This document shows, in pieces, positions 1-9,394 of a DNA stretch of 64,000 nucleotides. Each line of letters opens with the position of its first letter. Within the stretch, counting starts at the first letter, position 1. The position numbers and the translations under genes were made by a program. Below the pieces are notes generated by a model that was not told where the DNA came from, did not search any database, and saw only the letters and a program-made list of their open reading frames with translations. The stretch spans positions 64,001 to 128,000 of the forward strand of contig CBDCRW010000005.1 of NCBI GenBank assembly GCA_965221125.1, in the 5' to 3' direction. This DNA comes from Alphaproteobacteria bacterium (GTDB taxonomy: Bacteria; Pseudomonadota; Alphaproteobacteria; UBA828).

Positions 1-2
1 TC

Positions 3-962
3 GCCCGCTTCCTCAAGGAGACCTCCGGCGGCGCGGGTGCGCGCTTGCATGCAGGCAACATCGTCATCGTCGACGAGGCGTCCATGGTCGACCTTCCCCT
101 GCTCTGGCAGGTGGTGAGACGCATCGGGGACGCCTCCCTCGTTCTCGTCGGCGATCCCGCGCAGCTTCCGCCCATCGGCTTCGGCCTGACCTTCCACGTG
201 CTCATCGAACATCCCGCCATCCCGAAGACCGTCCTCGACCGCGTGATGCGTCAATCGGCCGAGACCGGGATACCGGTCGTGGCCGAGGCCATTCGCAACG
301 GCCGCCGCCCGGAGCTCGGCCCCTTCCGCGGCCTGGCGCCGGGGGTGACGTTCATCGACGCCGCCCCGGAGGAGGCGTTCGACGTCATCTTCGATGCCGG
401 CGCGCGGCTCGCCAAGAACGGATTGCGCCGGGGCGACGCTCAGATCGTCGCGCCGGTCAACGCAGGACCGGCGGGCATCCTCGCCATCAACCGCCGGTTC
501 CACGAACTGCGGATGCAGGGCAGCGCCCATACCCCCCGTCTCGTTCCCGGCCGTGCCGACATCGCCGAAGGCGATCCCGTCATCTGGACCCGCAACGACT
601 ACGAGCGCGACCTCATGAACGGCTCCACCGGCCGTATCGTCGAAGCGCACCGGGACCATGCGACGGCGGTCATCGACAGCCAGGAGCACCGGCTGGGCGC
701 CGCCGACGCCACCAACATCGAGCTCGCCTACGCGATCTCCGTGCACAAGGCGCAGGGCTCGCAGTGGCCCCTGGTGATCGTGCCCGTCTACCGGTCCAGG
801 ATCCTCGACAGAACGCTGATCTACACCGCGGCCACGCGGGCCTCGGAGCAGGTCGTCTTCGTCGGAGACCGAAACGTCTTCGACGCTGCCGTCGCAACGG
901 CGCCAAGGAATCTGAAGCGCGACATCACCCTGGCGTCGCGCTTGAGATCGATCGGGCAATGA
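3..962 (+). CDS. RecD2-like SF1B DNA helicase, C-terminal part (5' end outside window)
   Basis: Motifs IVDEASMVD, LVGDPAQLPP, VMRQ, LAYAISVHKAQGSQW, IYTAATRA; frame is open back to the window edge. Confidence 0.9.
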   Translation, partial: ARFLKETSGGAGARLHAGNIVIVDEASMVDLPLLWQVVRRIGDASLVLVGDPAQLPPIGFGLTFHVLIEHPAIPKTVLDRVMRQSAETGIPVVAEAIRNGRRPELGPFRGLAPGVTFIDAAPEEAFDVIFDAGARLAKNGLRRGDAQIVAPVNAGPAGILAINRRFHELRMQGSAHTPRLVPGRADIAEGDPVIWTRNDYERDLMNGSTGRIVEAHRDHATAVIDSQEHRLGAADATNIELAYAISVHKAQGSQWPLVIVPVYRSRILDRTLIYTAATRASEQVVFVGDRNVFDAAVATAPRNLKRDITLASRLRSIGQ

Positions 963-1266
963 CCTCGTTCAGCGACACCCGCCTGCCGGCTGGCCCCATC
1001 GCGCCCTGATCGCCCCCATCCCGCGCCCCCCTGATCAAAACTGCGCCCTGGCGGCTTCCAATGCCGGCGCACGCCCGGCCGCAGCCGGCCTCTCGTCGCG
1101 TGCGATCCGTGAAGCCGTCGGCTACCTGTCGGCCACCGGGGCGCCGGGCCTGGCAGAGGTGGAGAGTGGCTGGAGGAGGATGAACGGAGAAGGGCGGGGA
1201 GAGAGATCCCCCGGCCCGCTTCGTTCCGCAACCATCGTCAGAAACTCGGATGAACAGGAGACGATC

Positions 1267-1686
1267 ATGAGCTTCGGGATGAACAGGGCTGAGCTCATCG
1301 GACGCTTGGGCGCCGATGCGACCATCACCAATCTCACGTCCGGCGGGCGCGTCGCCAATATGAGCGTGGCGACCGACGAGGGGTACATCGACAAGACCGG
1401 CGAGCGCGTCGATCGCGTGGAATGGCACAAGGCGGTGACCTTCCAGGACGGGCTCATCGGCATGCTCGAAAAGCACGCGAAGAAGGGTCGCCTGGTCTAC
1501 GTCAGCGGCAAGCTCCAGACGCGCAGGTGGCGGAAGGAGGGCGAGGACAGCGACCGCTTCTCCACCGAGATCCTGCTGGTGCCCGGTTCGCGGATCCAGT
1601 TCCTCGAGCGCACCAACGGCACCGCCGCCACCCAGGACGACCGCCGGCCGGCAGAAGCCGGCCATGCCTCCGATTCGCCGTTCTAG
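1267..1686 (+). CDS. ssb: Single-stranded DNA-binding protein
   Basis: MNRAELIGRLGAD...SVATDE...EWH...KKGRLVYVSGKLQTRRW, acidic tail ending SPF; AGGAG RBS before ATG 1267. Confidence 0.95.
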   Translation: MSFGMNRAELIGRLGADATITNLTSGGRVANMSVATDEGYIDKTGERVDRVEWHKAVTFQDGLIGMLEKHAKKGRLVYVSGKLQTRRWRKEGEDSDRFSTEILLVPGSRIQFLERTNGTAATQDDRRPAEAGHASDSPF

Positions 1687-1776
1687 GAGCATGATCGCCG
1701 TCTACTCCCGATCGGGCCGGCGCTTCGCGCGTCGGCCCGTCCTTCCTGGCCTCGCATCGGGTGCCGACGACAAAAG

Positions 1777-1825
1777 TGTAAACAATGTCGCCCATATCGG
1801 GCCAATCTCGGCGGCATTGTTTACA
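1777..1825. repeat. AT-rich inverted repeat (operator or hairpin)
   Basis: TGTAAACAATGTCGCC (1777-1792) and GGCGGCATTGTTTACA (1810-1825), 15/16 complementary. Confidence 0.5.
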
Positions 1826-1969
1826 AGAGATCCGCACGGAAGGGCACCGGAACACCAAAAGATCGTTGTGAATCAAACCACTCACTCAAACGTTACACGG
1901 TCCAACTTCCCATAACCGTTCTAGTTGCCTGTCCCCGCAGCGGGCCTTCCCCGCCCGCTCGCTCCAGAG

Positions 1970-2006
1970 CCCGCCCCGCGTTCCTCCCGCGCGGGGCGGG
2001 TTTTTT
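1970..2006 (+). terminator. Rho-independent terminator-like hairpin
   Basis: Stem CCCGCCCCGCG / CGCGGGGCGGG followed by TTTTTT. Confidence 0.6.
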
Positions 2007-2211
2007 CATGCAGCCTGATCCGAGTCCCTCACGGGCGGGACGGCGCGCCGTGCGCTTCGCGCGGCGCCTGCCGTTCCGGCGCCGGCGAGAGGCCGGTCGA
2101 GGCCGGGACCGGGGCGCGTCCCACGCAGCGTCCGGAGAGGTCTCTCATGCGCCCCATCCCCGCTCACACGTCCGGCTCCCCCGGTTCTCCCAGACGCCCG
2201 AGGTGTGCATC

Positions 2212-3204
2212 GTGAGCGCCGCCGCTCGCGTCGCGGCCGCCCTCGGCGCACGCGCCGAGGAGGTGTGCCGCCGCTACCTCCCCCAAGGCCGCAAGCAGGG
2301 TCGATACTGGACCGCCGGCGACGTCTACGGCGCGCGGGGGCGGTCGCTCTTCGTCCGCCTGGCGCCCCCCGGCGTCCCGGGGAAGTGGACCGACGCGAGC
2401 AGCGGTCAGCACGGCGACCTGCTCGACCTCATTCGCATCTCTTCGGGCGCGGGCTCGCTCCGCGCAGCCCTCGCCGAGGCGCACGCGTTCCTCGCGTCGC
2501 CGCCCGTGCCGTCCTCCGCCATTTCCGAAGACTACGACCGCACCGAGGCGGCCCGCCGCCTCTGGCGCCGTTGCCGCGCCATCGACGGCACCCATGCCGA
2601 GGCCTACCTCGAGGCCCGCGGCATTGAGCGCTACCGCTTCGCGGCCCTGCGCTTCCATCCCGGCCTTTTCTACCGCGACGACGGCGGCGTGCGCCGCCTG
2701 CCGGCCCTGGTCGCGGCCGTCACCAGCTCCGACGAAGCCGTCTGCGGCGTGCTGCGAACGTGGTTGCACCCGACCAGGCCCGCCAAGGCGAATGTGAGTC
2801 GCCCGCGCAAGGCGCTCGGGCGCGTGCACGGCCATGCCGTCCGCTTCGGTGCTCCCGGCGCCGGCACGCTGCTGGTCGGCGAGGGGATCGAGACCGTGCT
2901 GTCCATCGTCACGGCCATCCCCGATACCGTCGCCGCCGCAGCGCTGTCCGCCGGCAGCCTCGGCGCATTCGCGCCGCCTGCCGGCGTCACGCGGCTGGTG
3001 ATCGCGCGCGACAACGACCCCGAGGGAGAGCGTGCCGCCGAGCGCCTCGCCCGGCGCTGCGCACGCGCGAGGGTCGCCGCACTGGTCGTCGCGCCCGAGC
3101 GCGATGACTTCAACAGCGATCTCGTCGCCCTCGGCGCGCCGGCGCTTCGCGCCAGACTCGCGCCGATCTTCCACCGCCGGGTCTGCGCCGGGGACCGGTG
3201 GTGA
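2212..3204 (+). CDS. Plasmid/ICE primase-like Toprim-domain protein
   Basis: Toprim motifs LLVGEGIET and LVIARDND, PERDDFNSDL; N-terminal GKWTD...HGDLLDLI typical of alphaproteobacterial mobile-element primases. GTG start inferred. Confidence 0.85.
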   Translation: MSAAARVAAALGARAEEVCRRYLPQGRKQGRYWTAGDVYGARGRSLFVRLAPPGVPGKWTDASSGQHGDLLDLIRISSGAGSLRAALAEAHAFLASPPVPSSAISEDYDRTEAARRLWRRCRAIDGTHAEAYLEARGIERYRFAALRFHPGLFYRDDGGVRRLPALVAAVTSSDEAVCGVLRTWLHPTRPAKANVSRPRKALGRVHGHAVRFGAPGAGTLLVGEGIETVLSIVTAIPDTVAAAALSAGSLGAFAPPAGVTRLVIARDNDPEGERAAERLARRCARARVAALVVAPERDDFNSDLVALGAPALRARLAPIFHRRVCAGDRW

Positions 3205-3302
3205 CGATCGCCCGGCCAGAGACGGAGAAGAGCAAGCGCCGGGCGAGCGGCGCAGAGAGGGAGAGAGGCTTCTCCCCGCCGCCATCACGCCAGGAGCGCA
3301 GC

Positions 3303-3536
3303 ATGAGCAGCACCATCACCTTCACGCGCGTCGCCGACGACGAGGCTCGCATCCTCGACGCCGACGGCGGCCATGTCGGCGATCTCTTCCGTCATCCCGA
3401 CATCCTTCATCCGGGTTCGTCCTACTTCGTGATCCATCTCGATGAAGATCCCCGCGGCCCGGTGCGTGTGCACGACCGCTCGCGCATTCGCGAGGTGGCC
3501 GAGCAGCGTATCCGCTCACACCCACTCTGGTCGTGA
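3303..3536 (+). CDS. Small hypothetical protein (77 aa)
   Basis: AGGAG RBS, protein-like composition, co-oriented with backbone genes. Confidence 0.6.
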   Translation: MSSTITFTRVADDEARILDADGGHVGDLFRHPDILHPGSSYFVIHLDEDPRGPVRVHDRSRIREVAEQRIRSHPLWS

Positions 3537-3667
3537 TGCCGGCAGGCACAACAGAAACGGGGACCGTGCGTGGGGAGAGAATAGCCACCCCGTCGTGATG
3601 TCCGAGGATGTCACGCGTGCTCATTCCAGCAACCCTGCGGGTCCTTCGGTCGCTCCGCTCCCTGCGG

Positions 3668-3940
3668 CCTGACCCAAGATGGTCTAAGGCGGGCCGTGAA
3701 CGTCGCCGACCGTGAAGTTGGCTTGCCAGAACTCTCCAACGCCGAGTGTGTGGCGCACCGGCCCCTCGCGCGGGGCCGGCGCGTCGGCCTGATGCTAGCA
3801 GTTCTTGAGAAGGCCTACTCGAAACGCGGCTACCCACCACGGCTGCGCATCAGGCCTCCCAGGCACAGAGAACGCCAACTTCCGCACCAACATCGGCGAC
3901 GTTCCGCACCGACTCCCGCCTAAGACCATCTAGGGCCAGG
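3668..3940. repeat. Long branched imperfect inverted-repeat structure
   Basis: Outer arms 3668-3693 / 3915-3940 (23/26 complementary); nested GAACGTCGCCGA/TCGGCGACGTTC, GAAGTTGGC/GCCAACTTC, GGCCTGATGC/GCATCAGGCC. Confidence 0.75.
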
Positions 3941-4020
3941 TGCTTCCACTGCGCGCGCGTGAAGAAAAAGGACATCACGAAGGGGCACTGGGCCCCGGAG
4001 GATGAACAAGGGAGGTCGAC

Positions 4021-4947
4021 ATGATCGACACCACAAGCGCTACCCCGACCGCTTCAGCAACCGCTGCAGTCTGCGACAGCATGGCCCTCTACGGCGCAAG
4101 CCCCGAGCGCGGCGAGCTCGACAGCAGGGTCGTCTGGGACGAGGACGACGCCATGGATGCACTGGGCGAAGCCATCCGCGTCATCGTCGACGGCATCACC
4201 GTCGACGGCACACAGATGGCCGACGAGCGCGAGGCCCTGATGTGGGGCTTCACCAACATGCTGCACTCGCAGGTCACCCGCCTCGACCGCGCCGTCGACC
4301 GCATCGCGCCCGAGATGAAGGACCTCGAGAAGGCGCAGGATGGTTCCGAGGTGAAGGCGTGGGAGCTGCAGACCCTCACGGACCGCGCCCAGAGCCTCGG
4401 CGACCGGCGCGACGCCTTCGAGAAGATGCGCGACCTCGCCGCCGACGCCTACCGCGTCGAGACCGGCGACGTCTGGCGCCCAAGGCACGGATCGCATGCG
4501 AGCCAGACCGGCACGCTGACCTCCGCCGCCATCGACGCCCGCGACTTCCGCCGTGCCCGCAAGGACCGCGAGACGAGGGCGCACCTGCCCGAGGGCACCC
4601 TGGTCGCGATCACCGGCGGCAAGACCGTCAGCGATGCCGACGCCGTCTGGAGCACGCTCGACATGGCGCGCGCGAAGTACGGCGACATGGTCCTGCTGCA
4701 CGGTGGCGGTCCCGGCGTCGAGAAGATCGCGGCAAGCTGGGCAGAAGCCAGAGGCGTCAACCAGGTCATCTGCCGCCCCGACTGGACCGCGCACGGCAAG
4801 GCCGCGCCCTTCCGTCGCAACGACGACCTGCTCAACCTGCTGCCCAAGGGCGTCATCGCGTTCCCCGGCTCCGGCATCACCGGCAACCTCGTCGACAAAG
4901 CCCGGCAGCTGGGGATACCGGTCATGAAGGTTCAGCTCGCCGCATGA
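4021..4947 (+). CDS. DUF2493 / YspA-like SLOG-family protein
   Basis: C-terminal VAITGG...LLHGGGPGVEKIAASWA...PDW..HGKAAPFRRND...IAFPGSGITGNL; GGAGG RBS. Confidence 0.85.
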   Translation: MIDTTSATPTASATAAVCDSMALYGASPERGELDSRVVWDEDDAMDALGEAIRVIVDGITVDGTQMADEREALMWGFTNMLHSQVTRLDRAVDRIAPEMKDLEKAQDGSEVKAWELQTLTDRAQSLGDRRDAFEKMRDLAADAYRVETGDVWRPRHGSHASQTGTLTSAAIDARDFRRARKDRETRAHLPEGTLVAITGGKTVSDADAVWSTLDMARAKYGDMVLLHGGGPGVEKIAASWAEARGVNQVICRPDWTAHGKAAPFRRNDDLLNLLPKGVIAFPGSGITGNLVDKARQLGIPVMKVQLAA

Positions 4948-5463
4948 CGGCGACGCTTGCCTGTCCTGTCGGAGGCGGTTCTCGCTTCGGCGAGGATCGC
5001 CTCCACTTTTTTCGCCGTGCCCCCCTCGCGCATCGCGGCTCGGCGCATCCGCGCCTGCGCCGCTCGCGCTCGGACGGCCAACCCTCCCGGACGCGGCCTC
5101 AGCATCGCCGCCGTCACGGTGCTGCGCACCGTCGACGGACGCTCGCCTCGCAGAAGAGATGGACCGAGGTTCTGTCCGCGATGGCCTGCCCGCGGTCGAT
5201 CGGCGCACTGCCGTCGTTGTTGGCGACGAGCATCGCGATGTCCTGCCCGACGGCGATGCAGCCGTCACTGCATGACCCGGCGTCACCACGCCCGGCACCG
5301 TCGACGACAGGCGTGACGAGCTCGCTGCGCCGACAGCGATCGCAAGCGTCTTCACCTCGTCCCGCTTGCCGTTCCACCGACCGTTTCCTCATCGGGAGTG
5401 CTTCCTATGCTTGCAACTCGAAGCCGCGCAACGACCTGCAACACCGCTCCGCCGGATGCGTCG

Positions 5464-6916
5464 GATCGTGTCCCGAGGAGTGGTGTAAGAGCGTCGCGCT
5501 TTACGCGGCATCCGGCGGGTAGGGCCGGGTTATTCAGGCTGCCACAGCGGACAGCTTGATCGTGGGATTGTCGCTCAGGGGAGCGATCGATTCCAGCGTC
5601 ATGTACCTCCTTCCGACGGTCCATTCGTCGTTCTGCTCGAGCAGCACGGCGCCGACGAGGCGGGTGATGGCGTCCTCGTTGGGGAAGATGCCGACGACGT
5701 TGGTGCGTCGCTTGATCTCGCCGTTGACGCGTTCGAGCGGGTTGGTCGAGTGAAGCTTGACCCGGTGCTCCTTGGGGAAGCTCATGTAGGCGAGGACGTC
5801 GTGCTGGGCCTCGTCCATGAGGGCCGCCAGCTTGGAGGCCTTGGGCCTGAGCTGGTCGGCGATCAGGCGCCACTGGGCGGCAGCGGCCTCGGCATCGTCC
5901 TGGGCGAAGGCGGTGGCGACGAAGGCGGAGACGACGCGCCGGCCCTGCTTGCCGGCATGGGCCAGCAGGTTGCGCATGAAGTGGACGCGGCATCTCTGCC
6001 AGGTGGCGCCGAGGATCCGGGTGGTGGCGGCCTTCAGGCCCTTGTGGTCGTCGGAGATCACCAGCTGCACGCCGCGCAGGCCGCGCCTGGTCAGCGAGCG
6101 CAGGAACTCGGTCCAGAAGGTCTCGGCCTCGGAGGCGCCGATCGCCATGCCGAGGATCTCGCGCCGGCCCTGGTCGTTGACCGCGACGGCCACGGTGACC
6201 GCGACCGGGACGATGCGCCCGGCCTCGCGCACCTTCACGTAAGTCGCATCCAGCCAGAGATAGGGCCAGTCGCCTTCGAGCGGGCGGTCGAGGAAGCTGC
6301 GGATCTTGTCGTCTATCTCCCCGCAAAGGCGCGAGACCTGGCTCTTCGATATCCCGCTCATGCCCATGGCCTGAACCAGTTCGTCGACCGAGCGGGTCGA
6401 TACCCCCTGGATGTAGGCCTCCTGGATCACCGCCGTGAGCGCCTTCTCCGCCGTCCGTCGGGGCTCCAGGAAGCCGGGGAAGTAGCTCCCCTTCCTGAGC
6501 TTCGGAATCTTCAGGTCGACCGTGCCGGCCCGGGTCTCCCAAGGCCGATCGCGGTAGCCGTTGCGCTGGTTGATCCGCTCCGGCGTCCGCGCGCCATGCT
6601 CGGCGCCGGTCAGGCCCTCGACTTCCAGCTCCATAAGGCGCTGCGCAGAGAAGGCGATCATCTCACGCAGCAGATCGGCGTCAGAGCTCTTCTCCAACAG
6701 CGTCCGCAGGGTAAGCTTGTCATCGGTCATCGTGGTTCTCCTTAGGCTCGGGTCGATTCGGATTCACCCAAACCCTAAACCGGAACCGCGATGGCCACCC
6801 CGCTGTGGATAACCGGCTTGGCGCCACCAGACTCGAGGGCGGTCGCGGCGCCAAGCCGGTTACCCACAGCTACCGGGGGTAGCGGGAGCTCCTACACCAC
6901 GTCTGGGGACACAACC
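5464..6916 (-). mobile_element. IS256-family insertion sequence (1453 bp)
   Basis: Imperfect 29-bp terminal IRs (GATCGTGTCCCGAGGAGTGGTGTAAGAGC vs GGTTGTGTCCCCAGACGTGGTGTAGGAGC); 8-bp TSD ATGCGTCG at 5456-5463 and 6917-6924. Confidence 0.95.
5534..6730 (-). CDS. IS256-family (Mutator-like) transposase
   Basis: [57 protein letters not shown]. Confidence 0.97.
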   Translation of the reverse strand: MTDDKLTLRTLLEKSSDADLLREMIAFSAQRLMELEVEGLTGAEHGARTPERINQRNGYRDRPWETRAGTVDLKIPKLRKGSYFPGFLEPRRTAEKALTAVIQEAYIQGVSTRSVDELVQAMGMSGISKSQVSRLCGEIDDKIRSFLDRPLEGDWPYLWLDATYVKVREAGRIVPVAVTVAVAVNDQGRREILGMAIGASEAETFWTEFLRSLTRRGLRGVQLVISDDHKGLKAATTRILGATWQRCRVHFMRNLLAHAGKQGRRVVSAFVATAFAQDDAEAAAAQWRLIADQLRPKASKLAALMDEAQHDVLAYMSFPKEHRVKLHSTNPLERVNGEIKRRTNVVGIFPNEDAITRLVGAVLLEQNDEWTVGRRYMTLESIAPLSDNPTIKLSAVAA

Positions 6917-7537
6917 ATGCGTCGCGAGCGCTGACGCGAAGGCATCGATCGACCCGATCGTTTGTCCTGCAACGAGTTGGGGCCCTGACCGTTTCTATAT
7001 CGAACTTGTGTCCCCCCTCGACGCTTGCGCGCTTCTGTTCTCACACCTGACGCAGCTCGCTGCCAGCCTATGACATCACTACGCTCAGGCACGTGGAGGA
7101 TACGGTCTGCTACGATACTTCGTAGAAGAGCGTAGCTCAGAGGAGCCGGAATAACTGCGTCGCGTTTTGCGTCGCTCCGAGCTACATAAGAATTGTTCCC
7201 AATGACGTAATGGCTTACGCGTCACGTTCGATAGAGCTTCGGGAATGGCGCTTCGATAGACATGGCCCTGTTCCCATACCCGCATCCCGTTCTGCACCCG
7301 CATTCGGGGCAGGGCCAACTTCTGCACATTGCGTTGGGGAGCGCGTAATCGAGTCAAAATCGACGACAATGTTTCCGTCAGAGACCCTCCAATCGTCCAA
7401 CAAACAACCCCGTTTCAGCTTCAAGCTTCCGCCAAACTCCGGTCCCGGCGTCGCGCTCAGCACGATTCGCCGTCGCGAATGCGCGCCGCTTCACGGAAAA
7501 TGGTGTGCGCGTCGGGTCTACAGAGGGGACCGGAACC

Positions 7538-7888
7538 ATGTCCGGGACGATCAGCAAGCATATCCGCATCGACGAAGAGCTCTGGAAGCGCCTCGAAACG
7601 ACCGCCGGAGAAGAGGGCATGACCGCCAACCGCCTTCTCGCCGAGCTCGCGGAGCGGTGGCTGGAGACCAGGGAGTGGCCGCAATCCGAGGTACAGGTCC
7701 GCGTCGCGCGCGCTTCGCTGTTCGCCGCACAGGCCATTGCGCTCGACATGATCGCCGCAGGCCGCAAGACCGAGGTCGACCAAATCCTCGAGCACGTGGC
7801 CACCATCGTTCCCGGCGTGGCTCCCGAACCGTCGGCAGAGGGAGAGGCGGTCTCGCAGACGCATGATCCAAGCCGGCAAGACTCGTGA
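7538..7888 (+). CDS. Ribbon-helix-helix DNA-binding protein (possible relaxosome accessory protein or regulator)
   Basis: N-terminal SKHIRIDEELWKRLETTAGEEGMTANRLLAEL fits the beta-alpha-alpha RHH pattern; role inferred. Confidence 0.65.
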   Translation: MSGTISKHIRIDEELWKRLETTAGEEGMTANRLLAELAERWLETREWPQSEVQVRVARASLFAAQAIALDMIAAGRKTEVDQILEHVATIVPGVAPEPSAEGEAVSQTHDPSRQDS

Positions 7889-8165
7889 ACCTCGCGCGCC
7901 GTCAGCCGTCGATGGCGTGCGCGGTGCTGCCTGGGCTGGCCTGCGGAGTCATGAATTCCGTCGTCGACCCACTCGACCTGCCTCAAGGTCAGCGCAGATT
8001 GTAACTCTGCTTTCCACTCCGGTGCGCCGCCTTTCCGCTGCGACTGGAGCGATCCTGGTCCCAAGATCTTCGCCGCCGGAAGCGCTGACCGGTTTCAAGA
8101 CCGCACCATCACTCTCCTCGTGAGCGGTGAGCGGCAGGCTTTGGCAGGGTTATGCTGCGGCCTAT

Positions 8166-8344
8166 CTATCGGCCGAGCAGTCGATCCCGGGCAGCTCTGA
8201 TGTCTTCAAGGACTGGGCCGAGATTGTCGTGGCAGCGCCAAGCCGAAACGCGGAGAACTTCCCAGCCGCGCTGCCGGAGAATGTGATCGCGTCTGATGTC
8301 CTGGCGTCGGAGCTTACCTCGAACGTCGATGTGGTGATCGCCGT
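8166..8344 (-). pseudogene. Detached 3' end of the helicase-nuclease gene (DUF559/Vsr-like nuclease C-terminus)
   Basis: Removing 8345-12965 and one TSD restores ...VEIDG-DHHIDVRGKLRRQDIRRDHILRQRGWEVLRVSAW...LLGR-stop. Confidence 0.9.
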
Positions 8345-8713
8345 TGTTGTTTTCCGGTCTAGCCGGATAGAAGCACGGGTTTTTTTCTCACTTTGATTGG
8401 TTGGTGGATTTCCCGGGATGGTGGCCGAGTGCGGGAAGGACGCTGCCTGCGGCATTTTTTTGATCCTCAGCAGAATCCTCATTGCTGTTGAAGCTGTGGA
8501 GCGGTGGGCGCGAGATCGGCGAGTGTGGTCAGGCGGTGGGCAAGCGCCAGCTTGTCCACGGGCTGTCCACACGGTCCGCAGGACGCCGATCGGTCCGCAG
8601 GACGCGTCCACGGCTCCACAGCTTGGCGGCGGCGGGGAGCGTCCGTAATCTTGGCCTCTCACTGAACGACAAAGAGAGGCCCGGGGGACGGAACTCCCGC
8701 CGGGCCAGGGCCG

Positions 8714-9349
8714 GTGCAGCTTCGCTACGAAACGGGGCTCACCAGCGAGGAATACGTTAAGACCGAGGCGTGGCGCGACGCAAGGCTTGAGCGCTGCCCG
8801 AATCACCCGCACGGCGGATGTTCTGTGGCAAGCCACGGCACCTACGAGCGGAAGACCCCGCCCGGCGCAAGGGTTCCTCGCTGGTATTGCCGTGAGAGCC
8901 ATACGACCATCGGCCTGCTGGCCGACTGTCTGGCGGCGCGGCTGCCGGGCACGCTCGATGCGCTGGAAGCGGTTGTTGTCGTGGCGGAGGAGGCCGGCAG
9001 CCTGGAGGAGGCAGCGGACGAGGTGCGCTGCCCCGAGGACGAGGACGCCATCGAGCTTCCCGGCGCCGTGCGTTGGATCCGCCGCAGGCTGAAGCTTGTG
9101 CACGACGCGCTTGTGCGCGTCATCGGCCTGATCCCCGACCTGCTCGCGGGCTGCGCGCCCACCATGAGCGCGGTGCGCGAGCGTCTGAAGAGCGACAGCG
9201 CGTTGATGGAACTGCGCGGCCTGGTCGCCGGGCAGCTCCGGACGCTACCCGCGCCTCTGGGCTTCCAACCCCACGGCATCGACGTGGGGAATCGCAAACC
9301 GCAGTTCCAACAACGGGCGGGGCCGGACCCGCCGCCGGAGAGTTCGTAG
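8714..9349 (+). CDS. Transposon ORF1, Cys/His zinc-ribbon-like protein (DUF6431-like)
   Basis: CPNHPHGGC...HGTYERK...RWYCRESHTT motif; directly upstream of the transposase. Confidence 0.7.
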   Translation: MQLRYETGLTSEEYVKTEAWRDARLERCPNHPHGGCSVASHGTYERKTPPGARVPRWYCRESHTTIGLLADCLAARLPGTLDALEAVVVVAEEAGSLEEAADEVRCPEDEDAIELPGAVRWIRRRLKLVHDALVRVIGLIPDLLAGCAPTMSAVRERLKSDSALMELRGLVAGQLRTLPAPLGFQPHGIDVGNRKPQFQQRAGPDPPPESS

Positions 9350-9394
9350 CGTGACGATCCCGGGGCCAGGGAGTCCCTGAACGAGGATCGCACC

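Noticed and set aside
1777-1825. Integron attC site
   Set aside because: Lacks proper RYYYAAC/GTTRRRY boxes; no integron integrase or cassette array.
4950-5460. Possible gene beside IS256
   Set aside because: No frame gives a recognisable protein; at most a decayed remnant.
7500-7525. GCGTCGGGTCTACAG as an R388-like nic site
   Set aside because: Partial similarity only, no clean adjacent inverted repeat, and it abuts the RBS of the RHH gene.
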